This document shows positions 12,186-25,830 of a stretch of DNA of 64,000 bases, piece by piece. The stretch spans positions 1 to 64,000 of the forward strand of contig CDMY01000384.1 of the NCBI GenBank assembly GCA_001179505.1, read 5' to 3'. Within the stretch, counting starts at the first letter, position 1. Each line of letters begins with the position of its first letter. The notes under the pieces are model-generated. The model saw only the letters and a program-made list of their open reading frames with translations, was not told the DNA's origin and ran no database searches. Origin of the DNA: Vitrella brassicaformis CCMP3155. Lineage: Eukaryota > Protista > Chromerida. Position numbers and translations under genes: made by a program.

Positions 12186-15100
12186 ATGGATGACAAGGCT
12201 GGTGCCTCCGAGAAACCGGCGTCCTCGCCGGCGTCAGATGCGCCATCACACGGCAGGCTGGAGTCCATCCGTTCGAATGCTCAGCCGCCGAGGTTTCATG
12301 CCAACGCGCCACCGACAGCGGCGACCCGCACGAAGCCGAAGTTCATCCGTGAGGCGTCCAACGCCAAGAAGAGGAAGGGCGACGGCGACAATGACGACAA
12401 GAAGAACGAGGCCAAGATGAGCAGCAGCGACGGCGACAAAACGACTGAGGAGAAGGACAAGAAGATCGACGGCAAGGAGGGCGGCGTCATGAATGAGGAC
12501 GAGGGCAGCAACAACCCGCCTCCGCCCAAGAAGCGCAAGCGTCTCAAGAAGCAGGTGGACGACGACGAGGAGGAGCGGTTGGCGGCCATCGAGGAGGAGA
12601 AAAGGCGCAGGCGGGAGGAGAAGGAACGGGAGGAGGAGGAGCGCTGCCTCAGGGAGCTGCAGCAGTGCCGCGACATCTCGCAGCAGATGGTCGCTGCCAT
12701 GGTGGATGCGCTGGGCGGGGAGGATGAGGGCAACAGGGAGGCCATACGGGCCACCTTTAGCGAGGGCAGGTGTCACGCCAGTGAGGCCTTCGTCGAGGAT
12801 GAGGGAGTGGAGGCTGCGGCGGGTGGTGTGTGGGAGCGGCTCAAGGAGTACCAGAAGGCCGGCGTCATGTGGATGATGACACTCCACAGACACGACCGCA
12901 ATGGCATACTCGCAGGTGGGCGGGCGGGCGGGAGGGAGAGATGGATGGGAGAGACGACACACACACGCGCATCCACACACACACACATAATGTTCTGTAT
13001 CCATTTAGATGAGATGGGTTTGGGCAAGACGGCTCAGACGCTGGTGTTCCTGCAGTGTCTCTACAAGCAGGAGGACACGGCTCCTGAGAACGCCAGTCTC
13101 ATCCTGGCCCCGGCTGGTCTGATTGAGAACTGGCTGGCGGAGATCCGCCGCTTCTCGCCCGACCTCAATGTGCTCAAGTACCACGGATCGCAGAAGGAAC
13201 GAAACGACGCTGGGGTGAGTGAGTGAGTGCACGAGTCAGCAGGCAGGCACATCCCGCCATTCTCCCTTCTTTACGTGTGTGTGGGTGGTGGCGTCAGGTC
13301 AAGTTTGACTGTCAGCACCCGCAGCCGTATGACATCATTCTGACCACCCCAGCGGTGTTCCAGTCGGACAAGAGCTTCTTCCGCAAGAAGGCCTTCGAGT
13401 ACGCCATCGTCGATGAGGCGCACGGACTCAAAAACGCAGAGAGCAATCGCACCAGGTGGGGGGAGGGTGGGTTAGAGGGAGGGAGGAAGGGCAAAGGATG
13501 GCACATGAGTGGTGATGTTCTCGTGTGTGGTTCGGTGTCTGCAGGGCGTTCAGCAACACCAAGATCCTCAACGCCGAGAGGCGACTGCTGCTCACTGGGT
13601 GGGTGACGCCACACAACACACAACACACACGCACAAGGACATCAAGACACACTCATCCTTTCCTTTCAGGACGCCCATCCAGAACGACACTGTAGAACTC
13701 CGCCAGCTGTTGACTTTGGTCATGCCGACCCTCTTCACGATGGAGAACCTCGAGCAGGCCACCAGGGCGTACTGCAACGCATACGCGGCCGAGAGGGCCC
13801 TGATGCAGCACAAGGGCGGCGCGAGTGAGACCAACGGTGCGGCATCGTCATCGGCATCAGCATCAGCTTCGGCATCGGCAGCAGTGGGCGAGGGCAGCGG
13901 CAGCAGCGAAGTGCAGCCGGAGGTCCGGTTTCTGCAGGAGATCCTGGCGCCATTCATCCTCAGGCGACTCAAGGCTGAGGTGAGCTCGCCCACCACACCA
14001 CACCCCACTACACAAGACACACATGTGTGTCGCGTGCGGTTCCTCTCTCTCCTCTGTCTGTCTGTCAGGTGACTCGTGACTTGCCGTCCAAGATAGAGAT
14101 AGTGGAGCGGTGTCAGATGGAGGGGCTGCAGCTGGCCCTGTACCGGCAGCAGCTCGACTCGGCCCGCTCGTCGTTCGCCGAGAACCTCAAGGCGCTCCCG
14201 GGGCTGCGGGGCAAACACAAGGACAAGGACAGCAGCAAGGAGCAGGAGGGCGACGCCGACGGCAAGAAGGACAGTAGAGAGGAGGAAATGGGCGAGGAGG
14301 GCAGGGTGCTCAAACAGGTATGCCGACACAGACACACACACACACACACATGGGTGGATTGGGTGGTGTGTGGTGTGTTCTTCCGTGTGTTGCTCAGTTG
14401 CTGGCCAACACCCAGGCGGCCAAGAAGCACGCATCCCGGTTCAAGTTCGTGGGCAGCCTGCTGGCGCGGCTGAGGCGGGTGTGCAACCATCCCCTGCTGC
14501 TGCAAGGACACTACACGCCCAACCAAATCAGGGTGAGTCAGCACGACAGACGCAACACCAACCTGCGCAACCACATGCACTCTCTGTGTGTGTCTGTGTC
14601 TGGGCAGCGCTTGGCCGAGCATTTGGTTCGTCGCGACGAGAACTACGTGACCAAGCCTCTGGCGACGGTAGAGGACTACCTCAAGAGCCACAGCGACTTC
14701 GAGATCCACCAGCTGGTCATGACGCACCCCGCCGTCAGCGACATGCTCATCCCGCCCGACAAATTCCTCGAGTCGGCCAAGATCAAGTGCGTGAGGCGAG
14801 AAAGAAACGAGCCCATCCATCCATCCATGCATCCATTGCTTGTGTGTTGTCATGTCTGCAGGAGGATGCTGGAGCTGCTCGACGAGCTCGAGGCCAGCGG
14901 CGAGAAGGCGTTGCTCTTCTCGCAGTTCACGACCTACCTGGACGTCATCGAATACACGCTGTCTGTGCACCGGCCGTCGATGCGGCTCCATCGGCTGGAC
15001 GGCAGCACCCCCATCGCCGAGCGGACAGAGATCGTGGAGAGCTTCTCGACCAAGCCTGAGGTGCGGATGCTGCTGCTGTCCACCAAGGCCGGCGGACACG

Positions 15101-15846
15101 GGCTCAACCTCATCGCTGCTAATCACGGTAGGTACCCATACACAAGTAAAGGTCCCTTCAGGAGGGGGACGGGATGGCTGTGTGTATGGTATGGTCGTGT
15201 GTGTGCTGCTGGCTGTCTGTTGTGTGTGCTGCTCTTTCTTCAGTGATACTGATGGACCAGGATTGGAACCCACACAACGACCGACAAGCCGAGGACCGCG
15301 CACACCGCATCGGTACGTACGGATGTGGAACACATCACATACACACACAGACACACACACATATGGACGGATGGAGCCCCATGCAACCCAATTAACGGCC
15401 ATGTCATTGACACCTACCTGCACTGACTGCACACAGGCCAAACCCGTGAGGTCAAGGTGCACCGGGTCCTGTGCCGGGCGTCCGTCGAGGAAGCGATCCT
15501 CAAGGTATGTATGTCAATCGCTCAATCTGCCATCATGTTCGTTGGCTGGCTGCATCAATCAATTGTTGCTGTGTGTGTGGGATTCTGTCTGTCTGTGTGT
15601 AGTGCTGCCAGCGTAAGCTTGATCTCGATGCATCCTTTGGCGGCAACACCGACCTGCTGCAAGCCGCCATACTGCAGGTAGCAGCCACACACACGCACAG
15701 CTGGCTGTGCGTTCATGTGGCTGTGTGTCTGTGTGCCTGTGGCTGTGCATCAGGATTGTCTGTGTGGTTCATCCCCGTCTGACAACGAGCAGCCCTCGCC
15801 GTCCCCCGCTGACCCTACCCCCACCTCCGCCCAGCAGCAGTCCTGA
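12186..15846 (+). CDS. SMARCAD1: SNF2-family chromatin remodelling ATPase, SMARCAD1/Fun30-like
   Basis: [69 protein letters not shown]...[62 protein letters not shown]. Confidence 0.9.
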
Positions 15847-16419
15847 GGAGCAGCGGCAGGCAGACAGACAGCCAGACAGACAAATAGACACAGACAGACA
15901 GACAGACAGGACCCTCAACAGTGTGGATGAGACCATGAAGGACAGGTGACGTGAGTGAGTGAATTTCGTGGGTGCGTATGTGGTGCGTTGACCTCCTCCT
16001 TGACTGAGGTTTTGACACTGAGTGAGTGTTGTGAATGTCCGATGCATTCGGATTGTCCGCTCAGTGCGCTCCTTGCCCTGTCCGTGTCCGTCAAACATAT
16101 TCATCAGCCACTGGCTCACTCTCTCCAGCACAAACATCTACCACTTCGTCAGTCTCTCTGTGTGTGTGTGTGTGTGGCCATGGTCCGTCCCAGCTCTCTA
16201 GAGCAGGGGTGCGACTTCGGATCCGTCCATCCAGTGAAATCGTTCACATCTCTTGATCGGGAACAGGGGCTCAAGTGTCAGTCAATCGGACACGAACATC
16301 ATGTGGCGTCAGTCAGCCATCAGTCAGCCTTTTCTGTGTCGACCTCACTTGATCAGTGCGGTCAGTGCTTCAGCTCAATGTCACTCTGTTTCTCGATGTC
16401 AGCTTGATCAATCCTGAGC

Positions 16420-19400
16420 TCAGTGGCCCTTGGTCGGCCGGATCGTTGCTGACATGGTGGTCGTTGCTGACACACACACACACACACAGACGCACTCACG
16501 AGTGCGTGTGGATACGCAAGAGAATTCAGGCGGGCGGCTTACTGTTGATCCACTGCGTCACTTGCTGGTAACTTGCGGCCATGGCGTCACTTGTGGTCAT
16601 CTCGCGAAACAACTCCTGCAGACACATACAGATCCTCCGCACACAGGGGATCACATCCACATGCAATGTGTCCCCCGCCCCGCCCGCTGACCATGATTTC
16701 GTCCTGTGTGGGTGGTGGTGTGATGCCCTCGAGTGCGCCAGTCAGCTCGGCCGCCGTGACCGTGCCGTCACCGTCCACGTCGAGTGCCCTCAACAACTTG
16801 TCCAGCCGCTGAGTGTTCTTGCGCACGCGCTGAACACAACACACTTATGGACATGCGACATGTTTGCGTGTGTCGTGCATTCCTTACCTCTTCCTCTGTC
16901 TGTTCCTCGCGACGCAGGATGATCAACACCAACGCGATGAATTCCTCCCGCGACAACAAACCCTGGCAAGGTTCCATACATGCAGCTGTGTGTGTGTGTG
17001 CTGTGTATATGTGTGGTTGGTGTACGTTCTTGTTGTAGTCGATGGCGTCAAACCATCCATCAACCATCTTCGTGACATCGCCCGTACCCAAACGCAGCAC
17101 ACCGACCATCGACACGGCACTCTGGTCACACACGCACAGCACAAAGGATGTCTGGTGTGTCTCCGTGTGTCTTCGTGTCTTGTGTGTGTGTGTCTTGTGC
17201 TGCCAGCCTGTTTGGTGATCTGTGGCTCGGTCTCTGTGCTGGGCTGCGTGGCGAAGGCGTCGAAGAGGCTGTTGATGAGCACGCGCACCGACTGCGGCAA
17301 ACGACTGCACACACACAGACAGATGTGAGACGGATCGTTGTCTGTGTGTGGTATCTGTCTGTGCTCACTCGAAGAGTTGTCCGATCCTCCTCTTCTCCGA
17401 GTTGACGTCCTGTGCGGCGGGAAACGCTCCGAGGCTGGCCTTGTGCTCCAGGTAATCGATGAACTGCATGTGGCGGGCCAGCTGGCGACGGAATGAGCCT
17501 CCTCGACCTATCACATCACACACACGAGCACTTGAGATGTTTTATGTGTGTGTGCTGATGACGGATGGATTCATTGCATGCATACCTGTCTGATTCGGTT
17601 CTAATCGGCCATCATGTCCACCGAAGTGAAGACCGTCAGCGACACGATGATGCTGGGCCTGTACCAACACACGGAGACACACATGTGCATCTGTTGACAC
17701 GTGCTTTTGTGTGCTGACCAGAAAATGATGAGGTCGATGGCGAGAACAGCGAGGAGGATCGCCAGCCACAGCCGGCCGTAGCTGATGTGCGCCCAGATGG
17801 GATGCGTGGCCAGCACAGAGTATATCAGCACCGTCAGCAGCACGACGTGCAGGAAGAGAAGCACCTGCAGAGCCCGCTGCATGTAGCCACTCCCCTTGGC
17901 CGTGAAGAGCAGGAGAGACTCGTCTCGGTGGACCAACGAGGGCAGCCCGAAGATGGCGTTGATGGCACGGCTGATGGCGTTCTGACCAGACGGAATCACC
18001 ACTGGGTCCTTCTCAACTGCCGCGTGAACGCGGTCAGCTGATCATGCACACACATCCATGGTGTGTGCAGTTGCGTGTGTGTGTGTGTGTGTGTCTCAGA
18101 TGTTCCTTACGTGTGCCCTGGTGGATCTCCTGAGATACGCTGACGACGTTGGGCTCGACATAGCTGCGCTTCTTGCCGATGTGGACGCAGAAGGTCAGCG
18201 ACACCAGGAAGAGGCCCGCCAGGCAAACTGAGAGGAACACCGCCAGATCTGTTTCGCCAAGTGACAACGCCGGCCTGTCACAGACAGATGTGACATGAGA
18301 GTGTGTTGTGACACTGTGTGTGGAGCCGGCTGTACTTGGCAAGGACGGCGACTGCCAGGAGCACCATCCTGCGTGTGAGAGAGAGAGACATGTGTGGTGT
18401 GTGCATGTGTGCATGTGTCTCTGTGTGTGGGTACCATGACGTGACGGGGATCTCCACGAGTGACGTCAGGAAGTCGAGCAGACTCACTGACAGATACGAC
18501 GCGAACGAGAAGCGAGACGGCTGTGTCGGCTTGGCGATGAACATGTTGTCGTTGCTGACATGTAGATGGACACGCACACAGAGAGACATGACACGGCCGT
18601 CTATCTGCTAGCGTCCCATCGCTGACTGGCTGATTCACGTACGTGAAGAACAGGTGCTTCGTCCCCCAGTAGCTGATTGCCGCACTGCTCACGCCCCGCC
18701 GAGAGAGGTCGGCCATGGTGAGTTTGTCGTATCGGTGCCAGACGTTGGTTTGGCGGAGTGCGAGAGTGATGAGGAGCGTCGTCATCAGGATGAACGTCAC
18801 CATGACCGCAAACACAAAGTAGTGCACCGACTCGAACACTGAATACACACGTAGACATGTCTCTCTCCCTCTCTGTCGTCTCTGTGTGACTCACGTTCGA
18901 ACATGTGTGTGATGGCCATTTCCTTTGGCTCGTGGTGTGACGTCAGCTCGCGGACGGCGGTGGCCTCGATGCGGTCGATGCCGAAGAGGCTGTCGTTGAT
19001 GGCCTTGACAATGCCCCACCGAACCGCAGAGAACAGCAGCAACGCTATGAAGCCCAAAATGGTCAACTCCTGCACTCATCCACACACACACGCACAGAGA
19101 GAGAGAGAGAGAGAGAAACCGGTGAATGTGTGTGGTTGGACGGGCGTGTTGCGTGTCTGTGGTTACCCGTGTGGCGGCCTGAACCATCTGGAGGATCTGC
19201 TTGTGCTCCGGCGAGTCGAGGGAGCGTACCAGACGATGGTGGCCAAACTCTGATGCGCACACACACATGCACACACACACACACAGGTTGATTGAATGCA
19301 TTGGTCGTGTTGTGTTTGTTTGTGTGTGCGGCTGACCGAAGACAATGGTGAGGAACAGAATAAGGACGGTTAAGCCGATCACCACGGTGTTCTCGCTGAT

Positions 19401-19505
19401 GGTCCCTGCAGCCTGCTGCGTCGATTGATTGACGGTGGCAGAGGTCATGGGGTTGAGGCTGATGAGGAACAGCGTCATCAGCTGCAAGAGCTCAAAACTC
19501 GTCAT
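16420..19505 (-). CDS. MLO-like multi-pass membrane protein with C-terminal EF-hands
   Basis: QELTILGFIALLLF (MLO-like ELMxLGFISLLL), FESVHYFVF, several transmembrane exons, then EF-hand loops DYNKN/GLLSREEF and DVDGDGTVTAAEL. The family call rests on short motifs. Confidence 0.6.
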
Positions 19506-19859
19506 GCTGATGCACTCACTCACACACTCGCTCAATCAACGAATGAACGAATGAATGACTGACGCGCTCCGCCTGTGCCTTGCTGCCAATAGTCACCAGA
19601 CAGAGACACGAGCTATGCACGACCGTAGATGTATGTACATGTGTATGTGTGTACGCGATCGATCGTGTTCGAAACGCAAGAGCATTTCACAATGAAACCG
19701 ACGGGTCCCTTTACATATGTACATTCCGCCCACTCACCCACCCACCCAACCGCCCACCCGCCACATCCATCGACGACGAATGATTGGTCTCTCCGCTCCG
19801 CTCAGTGTACACACCAGAGCCCCGGCTCAAATGAGGCAGCCATTCGTTACCTGTTTGTG

Positions 19860-20966
19860 TCAGTAGTTGGTTGCCGTGGTACCATCGGCCCAGTACGGCT
19901 GTGGGTCGCCATAGGCAGACGCCGTGAAGGGCATCTTCTGAGGCCGGGATGAACTTGGGTAGCAGCACGCAAGCACCAACCACAACTGAGCGAACACCAC
20001 ACAGCACAAGGACAAAGGCATCCACAAGGTAAGTCTTTATCTTGTCGTGCCGCCCACCCGTTCTTGGCGACGCTGAGAACACAGGGAATGCACATTAGAA
20101 ACGCGATCATCGCCTGAAGACACGACCAACGATTTTCATTGCAAAAAGGCGTCTGTGTGTCCGTGTCTGAAAGCGCGCTGACCACGAAGTCGAGTACGAT
20201 GACCCAGGCCAAACGCGGCAGACCCAAAATATACTTGGGCTCACCATCTGCCGCCAGTCACACACAGGCGTGGGGCTCGTAATGTGCATCTCTTTCCTTC
20301 TCTTTCGGCTCACTCACTTGGTGAGAGGAATAGCTGGAGGGTCTCGTATGCAATCCTGCTGAGTGTCAGGCGGTCCTCTCCCTCCACAGGAATGCTAGTA
20401 GTGCCACCCGGAGCAGCAGACGAGGCAGGCTTCTGCCTCTCCGTGCCTTGCGAGGAATTCTCGCCGTGTTTGGGCGCCAACACGACTCCATGGTTGCCCT
20501 TGTGGTGATGGTGGTGGCCCGGGCGGCGCTGCAGAGATACCGAAGAAGATGCGGGATGGGTATGGTTGCTGGCCGCAGGGGGATGGTAGTTGTGGTTGGG
20601 ATGCTGATGCCAGCTATGCGGGCGTCGGTGGTTGCGCCCATCATTGAATGGATTATGGGCTTTTGCCGTTGTGATGATGCCTCCCCGGTCCTCGGCCTCG
20701 TCCTCCCTCTCTATCATTTGCTCCATGGCCGGCGCCAGCTTGAAGTGCGGGCGCTGCGCAGCGTGGAACTGCAGCAGAAATGAGTGGCCATCGTCGTCGC
20801 CGATGGTCCGCGGGCGGCTGAGGTGGTGCTGGAGGTCCACTCGCTGGTGCAGAGGTCGCGCAACGGGATCAGATGCGGACAGCTGTTCGTGCTCCTTGGA
20901 TGAACCCAGTGCCGTGATGGATGGGCAGAGCCATAAGAGAATGCAAAGGGGAGCCAGCTGCCACAT
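19860..20966 (-). CDS. Signal-peptide-bearing His-rich protein with a C-terminal membrane anchor (hypothetical)
   Basis: MWQLAPLCILLWLCPSITA leader, His-rich ectodomain, spliced GEPKYILGLPRLAWVIVLDFVV/AMIAFLMCIPCVL hydrophobic segment, last exon ending ATNY-stop. Confidence 0.55.
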
Positions 20967-21598
20967 GGTGCATTAGAATGGTAGAGATAAACGACTTCTC
21001 CAAACGGCGAAATCATCCGTCATGCATTCTCGCCAACGCGAGCTTAAACTGCGCCGAATCTGTGTCAGATCTGACGCAGATCCGCGTCGTCTGTGGCTCT
21101 TATAAGGCTGCTGCTCGTGCAAAATGCAGATTGACCCATCGGCCATGCTGACAGCAATGGGCGTCTTCGACCATTCATACCAGCCACAGCTGTGGCCCTC
21201 CCATTCATGTAGTGCTGTATGATGGCGAGGAAGTGATGACCCATGGACATATACATGTCTATCTCTAGAATGCATATGCATCGCGCGGTGTATCTCAGGC
21301 ATGATGTGTCTCAACCATCGGTCTGGTTCTTCTGTCTATCCCAGCACTTGCGGCGCCTCCCTCCCTCCCTCCGTCACTTCTCCCCCGCCCATGAATGAAT
21401 CAACACAAGACGTCACCGTCATGGATATGCACACAATGCAACACCGACCAGCAGCCAGGCACCCTCTCCAGACAGACAGCCGTAATGTACACGACAGACA
21501 GACAGACACCACACACGAGTCATGATTCTGCGTGCATGGATGCCCTCCCTCCCTCCCTCCCTCCCTCTATCATCTGTGACTCAATGGTTGGTGTTAGG

Positions 21599-24500
21599 TC
21601 AGGTCACTTTTCGCTTCTTGCTCCGCGTCACGTATGTCGGCTCAGCCGCAACGGGCACAGCGGCAGCAGCAGGGACAGAAATCGGCTGGTCGGCGGGATT
21701 GTCGGGCGCCACAGCCCCGACCGCCGCAGTCACCCTCGGCCGCTTCTTGCCGTCGCCCGCCTCATGGTTCCTCTTTCGCCCCTTGGCGCCTCGCTGCCCT
21801 CCCTCGTGCAGCTCAGTGTCCGCCGCCCTCTTGTTGTTGGTCTTCTTGTTGTTCTCTGTCTTGCGGGCTTTCTTGGGTGCGCAGCCCTCCTGCTTCTGAC
21901 TGGTCGGGGGGTCGTTGGCAGTCAGCATCGATCGCTTCTTGTCCCGCTTTTGCTGCTCCTGCGGCAGTCCGAGCCCTGGCGCCCGGCGCCTTGTGTGCAT
22001 GAGCAGCTTCTCCTTGTGCTGGGCGACGGCCCGCTGGGCGGCGTCGAGGAGGAAACCGAAGGGCAGAGTGGCGATATCAGGAGCACCCATGGTGGTCGGG
22101 TTGAAGGCCTCACACACCGCCTTCGGCTGCACAATCATACGTACAAGAGAGGCACAGAAATGCAATCATGGATCGACGGATGGATTGGGGATGTTTCTTC
22201 CGCCCACCAGGGAGTGGGTGTTGATGCGCGCCAGGGCCCGTGCGATCGTGAGACGCGCCAGATGCTTGACAGCCACGTCTCTCGTGCTCACGGTCGGTGG
22301 CTGCTCAGTCAACTCGTACAGAAGGGGCCTGCATGGATTGCACACAAAGCAACCGCATGCACAATGGATGGATGGATGGATTCATGTGCTGCATGACTGA
22401 GTACATGTTCTTGAGTGTGTTCTTGACGGCGTGTGAGAGCTGGTTGGCGATCTTGGTGCGATGCCTGACGCCGTTGAGAGTACTGATCCCCCACTGGTCG
22501 ACTTGGTCACTGTTCATGGGGGCCGAGGCGAACAGCTGCACACAAGACACAGACACGACACGCACACAATGAAACTGAGCTCCCCAAAGAGACAGACGTA
22601 CCACGCAGATGTACTTACGTGTTTGAATCTGAGGAAACTTTCGCTGCCGATCTCGCCGCCGCAGATGTCGAGCAGCGACTGCACACGGAGGCCGTCGGCC
22701 TCGGCTGCCCCCACGGCGGCCTCGCACACCACGCGCACCGGATCGTGGTGACACCCAGCACCGCCCTCGGCATGCGCGAAATACGCCTGCAGGCATTCAA
22801 AGACAGTGCGGTGTGGGCCGTGTGTGTGTGAGTGAGTGAGTGATTGTGTGCGTACCTGGACGAGCGAATTCAGTTTGTCTTGTTGCGCCTGTGTGCCGGT
22901 CTCCTTGGTGGACAGGTACAAGGCCATGAAGGCCGCCTCCAACTTGGCAACACTATTCCTGATCGATACACACACATGGACATGGATGGACGCCACACAC
23001 AGAGAGAGAGAGAAGAACACTTACAAGCCCGTCCACTCACCCACCATCCCACCCCTGTCTGTGTATCTGCCTGCCTGCCGCTCACTCACTTGAGTGTCTC
23101 ATACTGCTTCTGTAGGGTAGCCTCCACAGCCGCCCTGATGCCCTCAAATGCATGCTCACGACCATCCTCCTGGTGCTCGCCTCCCCTCATGACAACCACC
23201 ACGCCCCACGCCTGCCAATCGCACCTGCCCACCGTGAAGCCCTCGCCATTCGCCGCCTTGGCCAGCTCCTTTGACAGCTCCCGTGGGTTTTTGCCCGTAG
23301 CGGTGACGGCATTCACCGCCCGCACACTCCACACACCATAGGTATGCTGCGTGGCGCTGGCCATGAAGGACCGCATGAAGTCGGATTTCTCGCACACGGC
23401 GTCCTTGGTGGTCCGAACGAAGCGCAGCTTGTATGTGAGGGGCACGTTGGGGTAGATGCGAGTGGTGCTGGTGGTGGGTGGGTCGTCTTGCTGCTGCTGG
23501 TGCTGGTGCTGTATCGTGTGGTCGAGCATGCGGAAGAAGGTCGTAACATCACCGGGTGCCTGGGCCTTGAGGGCCGCCATGGCGTCAGTCAACGGCAGAC
23601 TGACGGCCACTACACGACCACCACCACCATGGGCACTCTCAGGCTGCTGGTCCGATCGGCTGACGTGTGTGGGTGTGTGGCTGCTGGTCTTGGTGTGGAT
23701 GCGGTCGTCCATGAGTGTGCAGGCCAGGCGGGTGGCCGCCGAGGGGTCCACCAACGGGACGCTCGCGTTGCGGTGCATCACGAGAAGGTCCTCGGGACGC
23801 ACAAAGACATGAGAATGGCCGCGGTGGCCATCAGCACCTGACAGACAGACAGGCAGGCAGAGAGAAGGATACATACTGTGAACGTGTGTCGGTCGGTCGT
23901 GCTGTGCGCCCCGCGTCCATGTGTGTGTACGCACCGTTGTCGTGCGGCTGTCCGCCTGTGCATTTGGTGTCCTTGACGTAGTTCTCGATCGACTGGGGGA
24001 TGGTCAGGTGGATGACCCCATCCACGCGCGGCGCGTGGCCTGCGTGGACGAGGTCAACGCCACTCGTCGCAACCAACACGCGAACCTTCCCTACACATAC
24101 ATAGACACAACACAACACAACACATGTGCGCATGTCTGGCCATATCTGTGTGCTGTGTGTGTGTGGATTGATGCCCATAGCCCACTCAGTCCCTCACCTG
24201 TCATGAATCGGTCCATCACGGCGGCCAGCTGTCCCCTCGTGCGGCCTGAGTGATAGGTTTCCACCTCCCCAAACAAACCTGCACACATCACAACACGCAC
24301 ACGTGCACGTGTCATCCATCCAACCACCCGCCTGTCTCTCTGAGTGTTGTTTGTGTGCGTCCTAGCGTACGTGTTTTCATCAGAAAATCTGCAAGCATCT
24401 CAGCGTCCGACTGCCGCCACGCAAAGACGACGATGGTCTTCATGGCCGCCCAGGGCTGTTTCCTGAGCAGCGACTTGACCTCACGGACACGGTGGAAGTC

Positions 24501-25400
24501 CCAACGGTGCTCGCTGTACGTTACGCCAAAGACGCCATCGTCATTGGAGCCAGCTGGACAGACAGCACAGGGAGGAAAGGAGTTGAGGGCTTATTGTTCA
24601 GATGTCTGTCGGTCTGTCTGCCTGTCTGGCGTCTGGCGTGTCTGTCCGTTGTGGTTGTGTACAGCGCCTGTGTACCTTGTTCGTCTTTGATACTGTGGCC
24701 TGTGGGGGTGTACAACGGCATGCGATCCTCTCGGCCGTTGGCAGACCCAGACACCTGCAGGCAGACACAGAGTGACGATGCCCAAAGATGGAGGGACGCA
24801 CAGCGACAAAATGTGTGTGAGAGATGAATCCTCACTCACTTGAGGTTCGTGGACGTCTATTTTGCCCACGGTCTTCCTGTTCTGCTCTCGTCCTGCACGA
24901 CTGGCACCGTCCTTGGGATCGAAATGGTCCACCCTCTTGTCGGTGCCATTGCGCCGGCCAGTGCCGCCCTGCCGCTGCTTGACAGGGGAGGGCAACGTCA
25001 GCGGCAAAAACGGGTTGTGGAGAGGCGGTAGCGAGGGCGGCGCGTTGCGGAGGCCCGGGCCCTGCTGTCGGCCACTCGGCAGCGCCAGTGACGGTGACGC
25101 GACGGGAAGGGGCGACAGATGGTGCAACGCCCTCTGCTGGTGGTTGTAGGTGTGGCGGCGGTTGATGGGTGAGCGACGGCGACCGGATTGGGTACCGGCA
25201 GGTGAGGCCACAGCACCGCCGCGATGGCGCTGTCCCGTCCGGTTGGCGCCACACTGCAGCCGGGTGGACGTTGCGTGACGGGCGGGGAGGGTGACGAGCG
25301 ATGGACGGCTGGCTCAGCTGCAGGCGTGACAAGGGTCCTGAGGGCCGGGGCGGCTCCGGCGAGTCCGACATGATTGCTGAAGACGGAGGAACACTGACCA
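21599..25400 (-). CDS. RecQ4-like helicase-derived protein (helicase C lobe plus RecQ4-type C-terminal region), probably inactive; 5' end uncertain
   Basis: SLLRKQPWAAMKTIVVFAWRQSDAEMLADFL, ETYHSG, VRVLVATS, VIHLTIPQSIENYV, DG..GHSHVFV..EDL and the downstream YPNVP.TYKLRF region parallel RECQL4. Lys/Arg-rich C-terminus ends at 21599. Confidence 0.65.
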
Positions 25401-25830
25401 ACTCAGACCTGCACACACAGACGCACAGCCATCCGTCACAGAGGTCAGATTATCGCTGCATGCGAACATGCAGGGCCTGGCAGTGCCCGTGTTCATCCAC
25501 ATGGCATTTTGTCCCACCCGCGGCTTCCTCCCTCGTCTCAGCTTCGCTTACTTGAACTATTGTGACAAACCGCGGTCTCTATGACGTCAGGCAGTGGCGT
25601 TCGCCTCTGCAAAAGGCGTGGAGAGCCATTTTTCCATTGCCATCAAGAGCTTTGATGTTACAGGGTCGAAAGTGTTTCATGTACAAGCTCGCAATTTTAG
25701 CGGGATTCGGTGCTCCCTGAATCGCACAAATCAACAGAGGCAGCGTTTGCTCCGGTTGCCTGAGTCTCGGGCACCTGCCTGCACTGCCAACATCAATGCC
25801 AACGTTCCTGCAGCAGCCGAGCTCGACAGC

